A stretch of DNA of 63,702 bases, from assembly GCF_001194135.2 (NCBI RefSeq), contig NC_068985.1:67867291-67930992 (forward strand). The letters are read 5' to 3'. Of the stretch, positions 11,089 through 23,815 are shown piece by piece. The stretch is from Octopus bimaculoides (lineage: Eukaryota). The translations under genes were made by a program, and so were the position numbers. The stretch's first letter is position 1. Each line of letters opens with the position of its first letter. The notes under the pieces were generated by a model. The model was given only the letters and a program-made list of their open reading frames with translations. It was not told where the DNA came from and did no database searches.

Positions 11089-13618
11089 TTAGAGAATATA
11101 TTGACTGCCAAACTCCAGCCTGTTGTTGATTTGGGGCCCTAGTCTGTCTATGAGAATAGCTTCCTTAATTCTTAGATTATCCAAATTTCTTCCATTGGCC
11201 TCAATTGTGACTGTTATGCTTTTGTCGGTGTTCCGGCATCTGTCTAGATGTTTTCTGAAAGAGGAGGCTCTCGGGTTCAGATGTTCTTTGATGCGAATAT
11301 GTAACGGTCTTGTTGTGCTACACACATAGAACTTGTTGCATTTGTTACATTGCATTCTATACACTACATTTACCCGTTGGCATAAGTCTGTGTCAGATGG
11401 GACAGTTTGCTAGTGTGCATTGATTGCTGTCTCTTGCCCGTTTCTTTGAGAGGAATCTTCTCAGAGAGGGGCCGGAGTGGGCTACTTGTATGTCTAGTCC
11501 TTCCATTTTAATGGCTCTTCGGATGGCTGTAGTTATCCTCTCGCCAAAACGGGGTATTTTAAGGAAGCATGTGTTTCTGGCTTTTCTGTGTGTTCAGTGT
11601 GTTATTCGTTTCGGGTACTTAAGCCGATTTATAATGGATATAGGTTACCCGTTGGTTTTTAATATTTCTACGAAGCGTGTACTCTGGGTCACCTTGTCCT
11701 CTGTCCTGTTGCATTTGCTCTGGATGCATCAAGTTCATTTCTAGTGTATCCTAATTTGGCACCAAGTGGAAGCGTTGAACTGTAGTAGACAAACATATCT
11801 CTACCGGCTGCTTTCCTGTAGAACTCGGCATGGATCTCTCCTGTTATTTTCACTTGGAAGTCAAATAGCGATAGTGATCCAGTGTTGTCGGGATGTTCTA
11901 AAGTGAACTTTATGTTTGTGTCCATGTTGAACGTCGTGAATATTCTGTTAGTTTCTCCACGGGAGGATGTGAGTATGAGGATGTCATCTACGTACCTGGT
12001 GAAGAAGGCGCATGAGTGGCAGATGTTGAGTGCTCGACGTTCCAGATGGTTCATGTAGGAGAAGCTAGTAGGCCCGAAGGACTGGATCTCATGGGGAGAC
12101 CTTTTATCTGTTTGTATATGTGGTCATGGAAAGAGAAGTAGATGTTGTCCACGATGATAGATAAAAGTTGATGTATATCAGCTGTGGTAAGTCCGAAGCA
12201 GTGGATGTCGGACGCACTTATGCAATCGATCAATAGGTCGACCGCAGAGTGTGCAGACTATGTTGTGTACATAGAGACAACGTCAAGACTAAAGGCATAT
12301 CTGTTTTGTCTGAGTTGGTGTGGGGGCAATCTTTTGATGACTTCGTCGGAGTTCTTGATGTGTTCAGGGAAGGTGGAGAGTATGGGTTTCAGGATGTGAG
12401 AAAGTAGGCAGGATATTTTATATAGAGGTCCTTCTAGGCTGGAGACGATGAGTCTAATCTGGATCGTGTTGCTATCCTTGTGTTTTTATGAGATGATAGA
12501 ATCTGGGCAATCTACTGTCCTTTGTGATGAAGTTGTTCCTGTATTTGTTATGCATTTGTCTCCGTCTACAAATGTCCGTCCATGCGGTGTTAATTCGGTC
12601 CTCAATCCTGGTCGCAGTTGTATCTGTCACTTCAGAATATAGTCTGTCATAGCTTAAATGCTCTATCGCTAGCCTATCATATATTTCACGAGAAATTATG
12701 CAGAGTTCTTTCCCTTTATCTGATGGCAAGCAAACAAAGTTTTTAGTTTAAAGTTTTGTCAATGTTTCATGTTGCGCTTTGGTTAAGTTTGGTATTATTT
12801 TCGATTCCTTCCTTAAGATGTTTCAGCCTGGATAGTTTTTGGCTGCGTTTTCGGTTGGTCAGGAGTGGGTGGAGTGGGTGGTCTAGTAGGTCTGTGGGAA
12901 ATTTGCCGACTGTGATGGTGTTGTTCTTTATCACCGATAGCCATTTGAGTTGATAGGATGTTGGGCAAAATTTGGCTTCTAGGTCGAACAAGATTTTCTC
13001 GTTCGGCTGTTTATGGCCCAGATTGAGAAGTTCTAGTTCTTCATGGGAGAGTGACCCACTCAAGTCTTTGACTCGGGATTTCGTTGTCGATGGTGTGCTG
13101 GCGTCCTCGATGTTAGAGTTCTCTCGTTCGGCGGACGTGCCCTGTTCATCTGCGTCGATGTAATAGCCTATATTGTGTCCATATTTGGTACAAAGCCACA
13201 GGAATTTAAGATTGAGGCGTTTCTTCTCAGTGGTGGTAGCATCGGTCAATAGCTGCGGTTGTTCTTCGGTATACATGCTCAATAGTTGACTTGCCGTTGC
13301 ATATTATTTCGGAGAATTTGCGCATTGCTCATGTACTTGGTAGTGTAGATGCTATATGATTTTTCTGATGACGAACGTATGTATGTATTTCAGTGATCGT
13401 CGAAGGGTAAAGCCGTGGAAGCACGTTGGTAGTTGTATGTTCCTGATAGTATTAGGAATTATATTGTTTTTTTAGGCAGGGTTTAAGAAAGTTTATTTGG
13501 CATCCGATTTTAGTACGTTTTATCTAATAGCTTGATCAACTCCCTAGTGGTTGCGAACTCGGCCTGGCCGAGGCGTAGAGATTGGAGAGTATTCTAGTTC
13601 GGTTGAAGCATTGTGCAT
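11089..13618 (-). pseudogene. PLE ORF relic: N-terminal domain, reverse transcriptase (YVDD), Cys-rich linker, GIY-YIG endonuclease
   Basis: Motifs PSDKGK, IYKQIKGLPMRSSPSGLLA, FFTRYVDDILIL and IKFTLE. Frameshifted linker CTLANCPI/SDTDLCQRVNVVY. Endonuclease YRMQCNKCNKFYVCSTTRPLHIRIKEH...LRIKEAILIDRLGPQINNR. Multiple stops and frameshifts. Confidence 0.9.
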
Positions 13619-13731
13619 TGTTTGTAAACAATATTAATAAATAGTAATAATGTGTTTTGAATGGTACAACAATGCATTATAATAACAACAATGGACTATA
13701 ATAACTAGTGTAATTTAATCATCCATAGTCT

Positions 13732-13773
13732 GATATAATATTTCGAAATATAAAAATTCTTTCTTCAGATATC
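13732..13773 (-). ncRNA. Minimal type I hammerhead ribozyme motif in the PLE pseudo-LTR (other copies at 10602-10630 minus, gap-truncated, and 14292-14330 plus, core mutated)
   Basis: GAUAU-CUGAAGA-A-(A/G)GAAU-loop-AUU(U/C)C-GAAA-UAUU-AUAUC: 5-bp stem I, palindromic AAUAUU stem III, AUU cleavage triplet. Stem II is perfect GGAAU/AUUCC in the 10602 copy and weakened in this one. Confidence 0.65.
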
Positions 13774-14493
13774 TCTAGGGATTTATCGAGTTGCTGCTAA
13801 GGTCGATTTTCCAACGGCTTTTTTCCCTTTCTTTCTTCTTCCTTTTTTTTTCTTTCCCTGGAAGTGTCTCTGCACTGGTCTCACGAAGCTCCTTCTGAAA
13901 TTCCTTGTGTGAAGTGCATGAGGGCGGCCATATCTCAGGCTCTTGTGTGCTGGTACATCCGTAGCACTGCTTCTAAGTTATGTATTATACATGCAATTTC
14001 CTCATTTTTCTCCTTTTCCTTCCCTTAGGAAAGAAACGTGGAAGATGGATTAAAAAGAGGAAACTGCACGTAGAAGCAGCGCTACGGATGCACCAACACA
14101 CACGAGTCTGAGACATGGCCACCCTCACGCAGTTCTCACGAGGAATTCCGGAAGGAACTTCGTGATACCAGTGCAGAGACACTTCCAGGATAAGAAAAAG
14201 AAAAAAAAGGGAAAAGGAAGAAGGAAGAAAGGGAAAAAAGAAAAAAAACGTTGGAAAATCGATTGTAACAGTGACTAGATCAATCCCTAGGGATATTTGA
14301 AGGAGATTTTATATTCCGAAATATTATATCAGACTATCAGACTATGGATGATTAAATTACACCAGTTATTATAGTCCTTTGTTGTTATTATAATGCATTG
14401 TAATGCATTCAAAGCACATTGTTACTATTTCTTAATATTGTTGACAAACAATACACAATGCTTCAAGCGAGCTACAATACTCTCCTATATATA

Positions 14494-15393
14494 CTAGCTG
14501 TTTTCCCGGTTTCACTCGGGCAGTGTGGTGGATTTGGTTAAAGGCTATTTCCTATGTATATTTTGAATAATAAACAGAACTAAAAATAAAAAAAAAATAA
14601 AAATTCCAAAAACAAAAAAAAGTAAGAACACCCCAAAAACAATACGATGTTAAGGATTTTGCAGGTCGATATTGTAAAACTAACTTCACGTGTGTACCCA
14701 TAGCCCCATGTAGTCACGGAACCTTTTTTGTGGTATAACCTCGCCTTAAAAGAAAAATATATGGTAGTGCGGTTGTTGTATTGGCGACACAAGAGTGTTA
14801 ATCGAAACTGTTCAAGATCAATCATAGGTTGGACGTTCATGTAAACTGATTAGAATTGTGAATTTCAATTATTGAAAACGCGTTACCGGATGGATACAAT
14901 TGTGCAGTGTTCGTTTGTCTCAATATGGAAAACCTGTTTGAATGTCGACGTTTGAAGACATTTGTAACTGAAGTTTAAAAAAAACATAGTAATTAGAAAG
15001 AGCGTAAGCTATAGCTTTTTTTTTTTTAATGCGCGAAAAATTGAAATTATTTTTTTCTGTGCATCGAAAAACAAACCCAGCCACATTACTTGGAAAAAAA
15101 ATAATCTTTATTGTGCTGGTTTTTCGAAAAATTTTCGCGCATGGAAAAGGCAACAAAATTGCCCCTCCCCACTTTGAATTGGATATTCCTATCTTAAAAA
15201 GTAATAATCGATTATCTCGGTAACCATGGGAGTTGGAGGGCAATAAAAATCTCCTGAACATGAGCGGACCATGCTGCCGCTCTGTGCTGAATTTCACGCG
15301 ATTCCACTGCACCGTTCTCGAGTGAATCTGCCGATACTCAATCAATCAATCAATCAATCAAGCAATCAAGAACACTGCAATTTATAGTATAGA
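14494..15393 (-). mobile_element. Complete 900-bp non-autonomous Helitron
   Basis: Minus strand: A|TCTATACTATAAA at 15393, then (TTGA)n. The 3' hairpin CCCGAGTGAAACCGGG (14505-14520) is followed by AAAACAG-CTAG|T ending at 14494, i.e. insertion between A and T. Confidence 0.85.
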
Positions 15394-16084
15394 TAAACTT
15401 ATGTTTAATTCAGTAGGTGTTATGCACGTTGTAAGCCAGGTGAGGTATGAACATATGGTTAAGGGACGACAATAATATATCGATAGTATTAATATATGAT
15501 GAAACAAAAGAAAATAAGATTATAATATGGTAAGTGCAGTAATTTCATTAACTGAGTTTATACGATCCTCTGATCTACATAACAGCGAAAAGAAAGATTT
15601 AGAGAGCTATATAAGGGGATCGTCATCAAAAAACGACATTTGAATTCATGGAAATGACTAAAAGTCTTAAAAACTTAAAAAACTATTAGCACGAGACGAG
15701 AAAACCTAATTATTTCATAATTGTTCTGTAACTGGATAGATTTTATAATTTGAAGATGAGTGAGATGTAGAAATATATAAAAAAAAAAAACTATGTAATA
15801 AATAGGAAAAAAATATTATGATGATAATGTAATTTAATTAAGAGAAATTCAATGAACTTCTCAATAAAACGTAGATGTTTGCTTGTGAGAGAAAACATAA
15901 ACCATTGTGCAATAACTTGGTCTAATTTTGACTCTCCTGATTTAAGAGCTAGGATGAGCTTTTCGTAACTTAAAAATGTATATAATGTCATTTCTAAAAC
16001 TCTTGGTGTAATGTGACATAATTACGACATCAATTACACTAAGTCATTTAACTGAAAGTCAACGTGACAAAATATATAGAACGT

Positions 16085-16588
16085 AAGTAAACGCACGCGC
16101 GCACACACACACGCGCACACAAACACACACACACACACACACACACTCACACACATATATATATATATATATGAATGTGTACATATACATAAATGCATAT
16201 CATTTAATAAAGAGATATTCACACACACTTACACAAACGCACACACACAATACGCACACATTTCCTACTTACATTCACACAAGCATTCATATGCATGTGT
16301 GCATGTGTGTGCGTTTGTCCGTATGTATGTAGGCATCGGTTCAAATTATGCAAATGATATGACAGAAGAAAAGCTTGATATTTCATTATCGTCATAAATC
16401 TTCGCTGTCTTAAATTTTCATAAAGCTCTACAGCATTTTCTGCTCGGATTAGCCGGTTATAAAATATTTATATGAGATATTATATTAATACGTAACGATG
16501 CAACACACACTCGTCACAAGCACGGGGACAAATAGAGATATATATGCTTGAAAGTAGCGCAAAATAATATGTTTATATCTGTGTCTAC

Positions 16589-16619
<31 letters not shown>

Positions 16620-17588
16620 TGTATCTATGTATGTATGTATGTATGTATGTGTATATGTATGTATGTATGTGCATATTATTGTGTTCTAAATAGTGAAGTC
16701 ACGATGTAATCATTGCGTGATATAGAAATGCGACACAACATCAAGGACGCATAGCACATTATATTTTCTATGAAGATAATAGAGGACCTTAGATATTAAA
16801 AATGAAACGCAAATAAAAAGAATATACTATTATAAAAATATAAACGCACCTGCACACACATGTATCATTGAGTGTGTGTACGTCTAAAGGTATGTGTACG
16901 TCTAAAGTATGTACGTCTAAAGGTGTGTACGTTTAATCGTATAGACATATTTGCATACAAATGTGTATACACATAAGCCAATATGTAGACATATAAATAT
17001 ATATACACATGTATTTGTGTATGTATTCATGTACATATCTATATTTATTTGTTATAAATATACACAAGCACAAACAAATATATATTTATATATATATATA
17101 TATATATATATNNNNNNNNNNNNNNNNNNNNNNNNNNNNNNNNNNNNNNNNNNNNNNNNNNNNNNNNNNNNNNNNNNNNNNNNNNNNNNNNNNNNNNNNN
17201 NNNNNNNNNNNNNNNNNNNNNNNNNNNNNNNNNNNNNNNNNNNNNNNNNNNNNNNNNNNNNNNNNNNNNNNNNNNNNNNNNNNNNNNNNNNNNNNNNNNN
17301 NNNNNNNNNNNNNNNNNNNNNNNNNNNNNNNNNNNNNNNNNNNNNNNNNNNNNNNNNNNNNNNNNNNNNNNNNNNNNNNNNNNNNNNNNNNNNNNNNNNN
17401 NNNNNNNNNNNNNNNNNNNNNNNNNNNNNNNNNNNNNNNNNNNNNNNNNNNNNNNNNNNNNNNNNNNNNNNNNNNNNNNNNNNNNNNNNNNNNNNNNNNN
17501 NNNNNNNNNNNNNNNNNNNNNNNNNNNNNNNNNNNNNNNNNNNNNNNNNNNNNNNNNNNNNNNNNNNNNNNNNNNNNNNNNNNNNNNN

Positions 17589-17634
<46 letters not shown>

Positions 17635-17900
17635 TTATATAGACATGTATATACATATATATATATATAAACATATATACATATATGAAACATTTATGAT
17701 AAATAATATATATACATACATATACATGTGAGGGTGTCCATATATATATGAATACCACATTGTCTGCTGTACCTGTGCTAGTGCATATGAATGGATATAT
17801 TTGCTCCAGTCTCTGTGTGTTTGTGCGTGCGTGTGAGCGTGCATGTGATCATGCATGCGTTTGTGTGTGCACGTGTGTAAGTGTGTGTGTGCAGTATATA
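16085..17900. repeat. CA/TA/TATG microsatellite field with a gap; short ~17-bp tandem (GTGTACGTCTAAAGGT) at ~16875-16935
   Basis: Read directly from the sequence. Confidence 0.85.
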
Positions 17901-18409
17901 TGGGTGTCTTTGTTATGTGACAGAGAATAGGACAAAGTCCAATCTTCAATGATGCAGTGAACATCAGTATTTGCATGAATCATTCAAGCAAAAACCATTA
18001 AGAGCACTTCAAAAGATTTCACCCGTCTATTTACAACGCATGAGTCTCGTCGTAAAATAGACTCAATGACTAAAATTTTGTGAAAGAAACTGGGAAAGGA
18101 AAAAAAAAAACCTGATATAAAGCATTAGAAAATGAAAGAATAGCATCTAAGAACTCTTATTGAAAAAAAATTTCTTAAATATAAAAAAGTTAAAGAAAAA
18201 AAGTAAAATAATATAGAAAAACCAAGTATATTAGTCTTTTGAAAAGTTACGTTGAGAATAGCCCTTCGATTCTATTGCAGTCATTTAAAATGAATGTCAG
18301 TCTCTGAAACGAAATATTGGTTAGAAAAATGCAAAATAAGTGAGGAAAAGAAAAACAGAAGAAATATAAGAGAGTAATAGATTTTGCCGTATTTCGGTAG
18401 ATATTATTA

Positions 18410-18990
18410 GATATTGATAATAATGCTGATGATGAAATGGACAATGATGATAATGATGATGATGATGATGATGATGATTGAAGAAAGAAAGAAGAAGAAG
18501 AAGAAGAAGAAGAAGAAGAAGAGGAAGGAGAAGAAGAAAAAGAAGAAGAAGAAGAAGAATTTTGAGTTAGTGGTTGTAATGGGAATGATGTGTATAATGA
18601 AAACGGTGTTGATGAAGACGACGACGGTGTTGATGAGGATGATAGTAATAATAATGAGGACGAGGAGGAGGGGAGGAGGAGGAGAAGAAGACGAAGACGA
18701 AGAAGAAGAAGAAGAAGAAGAAGAAGAAGAAGAAGAAGAAGAAGAAGAATCTACTGAGTTAGAAAGAACTGACATAAAATTAAGAGTAAATGAATACGGT
18801 TAAGAAACCTATGGATGTCAGAGAAAGGATGAAGACAGCACAACTGAACAAATCTGTTCAAAAACCATAAAACGTGCGCACACAGTTGCACACACACACG
18901 CACACACACACGCACACACACACACATACACACGCACTCACACACACACGCACACACACACACACATACACACGCACTCACACACACAGA
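18410..18990. repeat. (GAT)n/(GAA)n/(GAG)n trinucleotide tract followed by (CA)n
   Basis: Read directly from the sequence; explains the poly-K/E/S/F ORFs. Confidence 0.9.
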
Positions 18991-19619
18991 GATAGATTGA
19001 GATTTAAACAGAAATAGATGCATTTAACGTTACGCATTCTGTATTAAGGCGACGTTCGAACTTGAGCGTACACGAATTATTTATTTTACTGTCTGCATTA
19101 TTGTATGTAAGCACTCATATTTAACACAGGTCATGCAATATTTTCCAAAATATGTTTAGATATTCGTGATGCAACAAAGACTGGTCTATTTTGCTTTTGG
19201 TATGATATAGTCATGAACGTAATAATAACAGTTTTTGTTTTCTAATTTTATATCAAGCTCTATTTTTCAGCGGGTGTATAGAATTGTTATAATCGGTCAA
19301 AAGTCATAAATGGTACGAAAACGTAGTTATATTTTTTAGTTACTTGATTTGAAATTTCAACGTTGAGAAGTTTTTAGTTTGTGCCTTTTACTTACAGACA
19401 TGGAGCAATCTTGTGATTTCGAACTTTATCCTATATATCGAGTGGATAGATTCGATTATATAAGGTTAAGTAAATCAAGCATAGATTGAACACAGAATGT
19501 CAGAAAACAGTTAAATGAGTGATAGAATTTTGTCTGAATTGACATGTCTACATAACTATATGACTGCAATATTGTGAATGGAAGAGAATTATAATTTATA
19601 TTTCAATATCTATATTAAG

Positions 19620-20190
19620 TTCCGAAAAGCTTAGTGGTATTTCTTCTGTCTTTACGTTTGAAGTTGACCTTTGCCTACCATTCATTCGGAGTCAATTGAA
19701 TACTGGGGTCGATGTAATTGATTTACGCCCTCCCCCGAAATTGTTGCCGTTGCGTCAAAATTTGAAGGGAACATTCATATCAATTTAAGGTGCCGAGATG
19801 GCAGAATCGATACCGCGTGGGAATAGGTGCTTCCGACTTTACGTTCTGAGTTCATATGCCGCAGAGTTCGACTTTGCCTGTCATCCTTTGGTGGGCGATC
19901 AAACAAGTACCATTTGAACACTGGAGTCTAAGAAAATTGACTTACCCCACACCTGGAATAGCTGACATAGTACCAAAATGTGAAATTAATATTCATATTA
20001 TATTTAAGTTGGTTAGCACGCCAGGCAAAATGTTTAGCGGCATTTCGTCCCTCTTTGCTTTCTTAGTTCAAATTCCGCTGTGGTCGAATTAGCCTTTCAT
20101 GCTTTCGGCAACGATTAAATAAGTACCATCTGGGCACTGGGGTCGACGTAATCAACTTAGCCCTTCTTCTCCGAAACAATTTGAAGCAAA
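19620..20190 (+). mobile_element. Three adjacent decayed copies of one SINE family
   Basis: Recurring GAGTTCAAATTCCGC...GACTTTGCC...CATCCTTT...AAGTACCA...CACTGGGGTCGATGTAAT...AAAATTTGAA module at ~19630, ~19800 and ~20010. It matches an abundant octopus SINE as I recall it. Confidence 0.7.
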
Positions 20191-20434
20191 TTTTTATATC
20201 AATAAATTAATTAAATTTAAATTGAAATTTCAGTACTACAACTTTCTAGAATAATGAATCGAAATACTTGCTCTGATTAAAGGTTTTGTGAAAATCATTT
20301 TTGTTCTTGGTTTTGTTAGTGTTCTTCTAATTTAATTCTAAGTTTGTCCCATGTTTAAAGGCAGTATGTTCCATGTTTAAATAGTACATCCTCGGTTATA
20401 TTACACATAAATCTTTCCATTTTTAAAATTGTAG

Positions 20435-22340
20435 GTGATGCGTTTGTATGTTTCACTACTACCTATAGAAAATCAAAGGAATATAAACGCAGATATATTC
20501 CAAGTCTTAAGGCGTGACCATATTGCGAAAGATGTACCGGAAAAAATAGCAGGGCTGAGAATTCTACGGGACAGTATCACCAAACGAATTATGCTTCATA
20601 TGCCTTTGAAGAGAACTTTACGAGCATTTATTCAGCGAAAACCCTGCTTGATGGCTATTGAGCAAAAACTGGCAGATATAGGCCTTGCTTAGTAGCAAGG
20701 ATTCGGAGCGTAGTGAAAGGCTGATAACATCTCCAGAAATACGGGATGCAAAGATGGGCTGCGTAGACGACAAATCGCCTATTTTGGATGGTATATCCTA
20801 TGAATTTTACCCTAATATGCCAGACTTGTTACGCAATATCTTGACATATATCTACATCAACTGGCAGCAGAATGGTAGATTTCCAAGTTATGTGAGTTGA
20901 AGAGTGGTGACACAGCTAAGAAAGGACGCAAGATGTAGATCAACTATAAACGCTTAAGCCCACAACGTTGCTGCAGCAGATTTCTAAATTTTGGCCAAGA
21001 GTTTAGCGAAGAGATTAGCAAGTTGTAATCGAGGAACCGGTGGTGATGCGCAAACAAGCGCCGTTCGAAGCAGATTTATCTAAAACAACCTCCACCTCAT
21101 GGGATACATCATAGACAGAGTGGGGGGAAAAGTTGGGATGTGCCGGACCCTGATTAATTGGTATCAACCAAAATACTTCGATAGGGACGACCACCAATAA
21201 GAGGTGACCTTTCTCTCGGCGGCCGATTTTGGTTCCATGGCTGGATTGGCGCAATCTACATCATCATCACAATGTACATCAACATCACTTTCGGGTGAAT
21301 TGTTACTTATTGGAACCATTCAGCATGATGCATTCGGTCCTTCAATATTTTCACCTCTCGTCTCCTCTGTATGTGCTGGACCTAGAGTCACTACTACGCA
21401 AATTGGAGGCGTTGAAATGTATTCTGCACGATTTAAAACGTGGGAAACCCTGTCAGATTATGCGGAAAACGTCATACGTTGTGGCGCTAGGAAAAGAACT
21501 GTTCTAGAAAGATACGAGGCAGTAACAAGTGCAGATATTAACCAAGAAAATTCAGTACCTCTGCAGTTCAGCACCAGAAGAGGCAGATGCATACCGTCGA
21601 ATAACGTAGTGGGACGCTTGGATGAAGGGACCTGTCAAACTGCATGGGTTCTGATTTCGTCTGGATCTTCAGGTGGAGAAGACAGCGATGAGGTGATGAG
21701 CATGGTGGTTAATCTCACCCAGAAATGACCCGAGAGAAGCTATATTTCAATGGTCGGGTAAAGGCAGCTTACAACACCTCCGTTATATATTATCCCCTTA
21801 CTGTCCATTTTACGTCTGACCTAAGCGGAGCGCGCAATTTTCGGATTTCTGTGGAACAGACGGGTTCCACTGGTCAGACGTCCCATTTGCTGTCAACATT
21901 CGGTGAAGGAAGATCTGGAAATGTAGTGGATGCTCATGAGCAGACGTGTACTGAAACTACAGCATCTCCAGTGCTCCCGTGATTGTAAACAGGTGCGGTC
22001 ACCATTTCCTAGACTAGCTCTTGTGCAGCTCGTGTCGGACACTTAAAATGTCCTCAGATGCTAAGTCTTCTGTATTCGATCAATGTGCTTGGTGGAGTTT
22101 CCCTTTAGGGACTCTATAGAGCGTTACTGGTTGACAAATGCGACGATATGGAGAACCTCGACGCCAAGAAGAGTCAAAGGTCTGGTCTGGTGTGTTACCA
22201 GGAGCATTTCCCGTTCTGGATATACACTACAGGCATGCAACTGCCGTCATCTGGGCTTGCAACGAAATTGTTCTACACCTTTTCATTTAGTACCCGAGTG
22301 TTGCTGACTTGTAGGTTTATGTCGAACACTTGATGTCACG
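20435..22340 (+). mobile_element. L1/Tx1-clade LINE reverse transcriptase relic
   Basis: KSPILDGISYEFY, a decayed RPITLL-ADFKILAK region (~20955-21010), SVLQYFHLSSPLYVLDLESLLRKLE (decayed SVRQGCPLSP) and LSDYAENV (decayed YADD). Many frameshifts. Confidence 0.8.
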
Positions 22341-22344
22341 CATA

Positions 22345-23222
22345 GGAAAGATGGGGCTATCGAGTGTAAATTCCGCTGAGGTTGCCATTGCACTTCATTT
22401 CGGAGTCAATAAAATAAGTATGGGATGGTATCAAAATGTTCCAGGACTAGTTAAGTTTAATAAAAAAAAAACAACTAAATTTTAAGATGATCTCCTTCAA
22501 AATAGTCACCTTGCGCCGCAATACACCGGTCCCAGCATACATGCCTCTTTTGGAGTCTGGCCTGGAAGTAGTTTTCCGCAAACGAGTCGAGGACCTTCCA
22601 CGATTTGCTCTGGATCTTGACAACGGTGTTAACGGCAACGTTTGAGCTGACTTTTCATTTGGCGAAATGTTGGATGTCTAACTTTGGCGAATAGAGCGGG
22701 TGCGGAGACGATGCCATGTTGTTCTTGCCAAGAAACTCACGAGTGAGGATGACTCAGTGACAGGATGTATTGTCGTCGTAAGGAAGACAATTCTCCGTGT
22801 TCCACACATCCGGTCGCTTTCACCGAACGTCGTCCCTCAAATGCTACAAAGTGTTTGACGGTCTGGCCCTAGGAGACGAATTTACTATGCACAATAACAC
22901 ATTTCCGATGGTGACTCTCATGGCAGGCCTTCCAGGTCGTTCATTGTCTATCAGGTACGTTCTTATGCTTTGGAAGAGCCCGTGCCACTTGGAAAATTGC
23001 GTACGACCCATTGCCTCGTCACCGTAAGCCTCGGCATACTGTCTCACGAAGGTCACTACTTGCTCGCAATGCGGACGCAATCATGTGCTGCTATCTATTG
23101 TCGCGCTGCAGAATTAGTGCGGAAAGTTTTTAATACCACCTCATAATTTCTGGTCACAGGGATCAATGTAATTTACTTACCCCACCCCGAGATTGCTGAC
23201 TTTGTGCCAAAATTTGAAAGCA
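22345..23222 (+). mobile_element. SINE copy split by a mariner insertion (5' half ~22345-22420, 3' half 23144-23222)
   Basis: Left flank ...AAATTCCGCTGAGG...AAAATAAGTA and right flank TA...AGGGATCAATGTAATTTACTTACCCC...GTGCCAAAATTTGAAA join into the same SINE seen at 19620-20190. Confidence 0.65.
22419..23145 (-). mobile_element. Internally deleted mariner element with both TIRs and TA target duplication
   Basis: TIRs TGGGATGGTATCAAAATGTTCCAGGACT (22421-22448) and AGTGCGGAAAGTTTTTAATACCACCTCA (23116-23143), flanked by TA. Transposase pieces YGDEAMGRTQFSKW...DNERPGRP, HPLYSP and WDRCIAAQGDYFEG. Confidence 0.85.
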
Positions 23223-23239
23223 TTATTATTACTACTGAC

Positions 23240-23400
23240 GAGCTAGCAGAATCGTTAGCACACCGGACTTAATATTTAGCGGCATTGCGTTCGAATTTCT
23301 ACTTGAGTTCAAATGCCGCCCAGGTTGTTTAGGCCTTTCATGCTTTCAGATCGATGATAGAAGTAACAGTCAGTACTGGAATCGATCTACTGGCATCAGT
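23240..23400 (+). mobile_element. SINE copy (same family)
   Basis: GGCAGAATCGTTAGCAC...TTAGCGGCATT...GAGTTCAAATGCCGCC...GCCTTTCATGCTTTC-type module. Confidence 0.6.
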
Positions 23401-23754
23401 AACAGCGACATGTTAAGCAAGGATCACCAGCCTCAGCAAACTGTGCATTATCACTACCACAACCTTCACCACAATAGAAGTAAATCGTATGGTAGTGACA
23501 ACAATGGTGCTAACAACACGATCAAGAGTAGAAAAAAAAACGATACAAAATATTTTCTATTACCAAGATCGCAAATGCCTTCGATGGCATACCACGAGAA
23601 AACAAGCATAAACATTTAAAAGAGACAGAAAAACAGGTTAACCGATTCGAAAAGGGAAAAGTTAAGCAGAATATACCAAAACACCTTTTAGACATAACAC
23701 AGGAAAAGAGTACAGTATCGATGCTTGTCAACGAAAAGACCAATCTTCAGTATA

Positions 23755-23815
23755 TTTGAAAAGCGGAAGAACGTCCCTGGGAGACGATGAGCGATCTGGA
23801 TGACCTGCTACGATC
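23755..23815 (+). mobile_element. Small mariner transposase HTH fragment
   Basis: Translates LKSGRTSLGDDERSG*PAT, like the mariner GRxSLEDDxRSGRP motif. Confidence 0.5.

Larger units (their letters stand above)
10520..14486 (-). mobile_element. Penelope-like retroelement with 3' pseudo-LTR (~10520-10975), 5' pseudo-LTR (~13630-14030) and an inverted pseudo-LTR copy (~14060-14486)
   Basis: The two direct copies align (e.g. GTGTCTCTGCACTGGTCTCACGAAG at ~10825 and ~13865). 14060-14486 is their reverse complement and extends into the ORF start. An RT plus GIY-YIG ORF lies between the direct copies. Confidence 0.9.

Noticed and set aside
14095-14185. HDV-like fold in the PLE pseudo-LTR (hairpin CACGAGGAATTCC/GGAACTTCGTG)
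   Set aside because: P1/P3 pairing is not consistent across the three copies.
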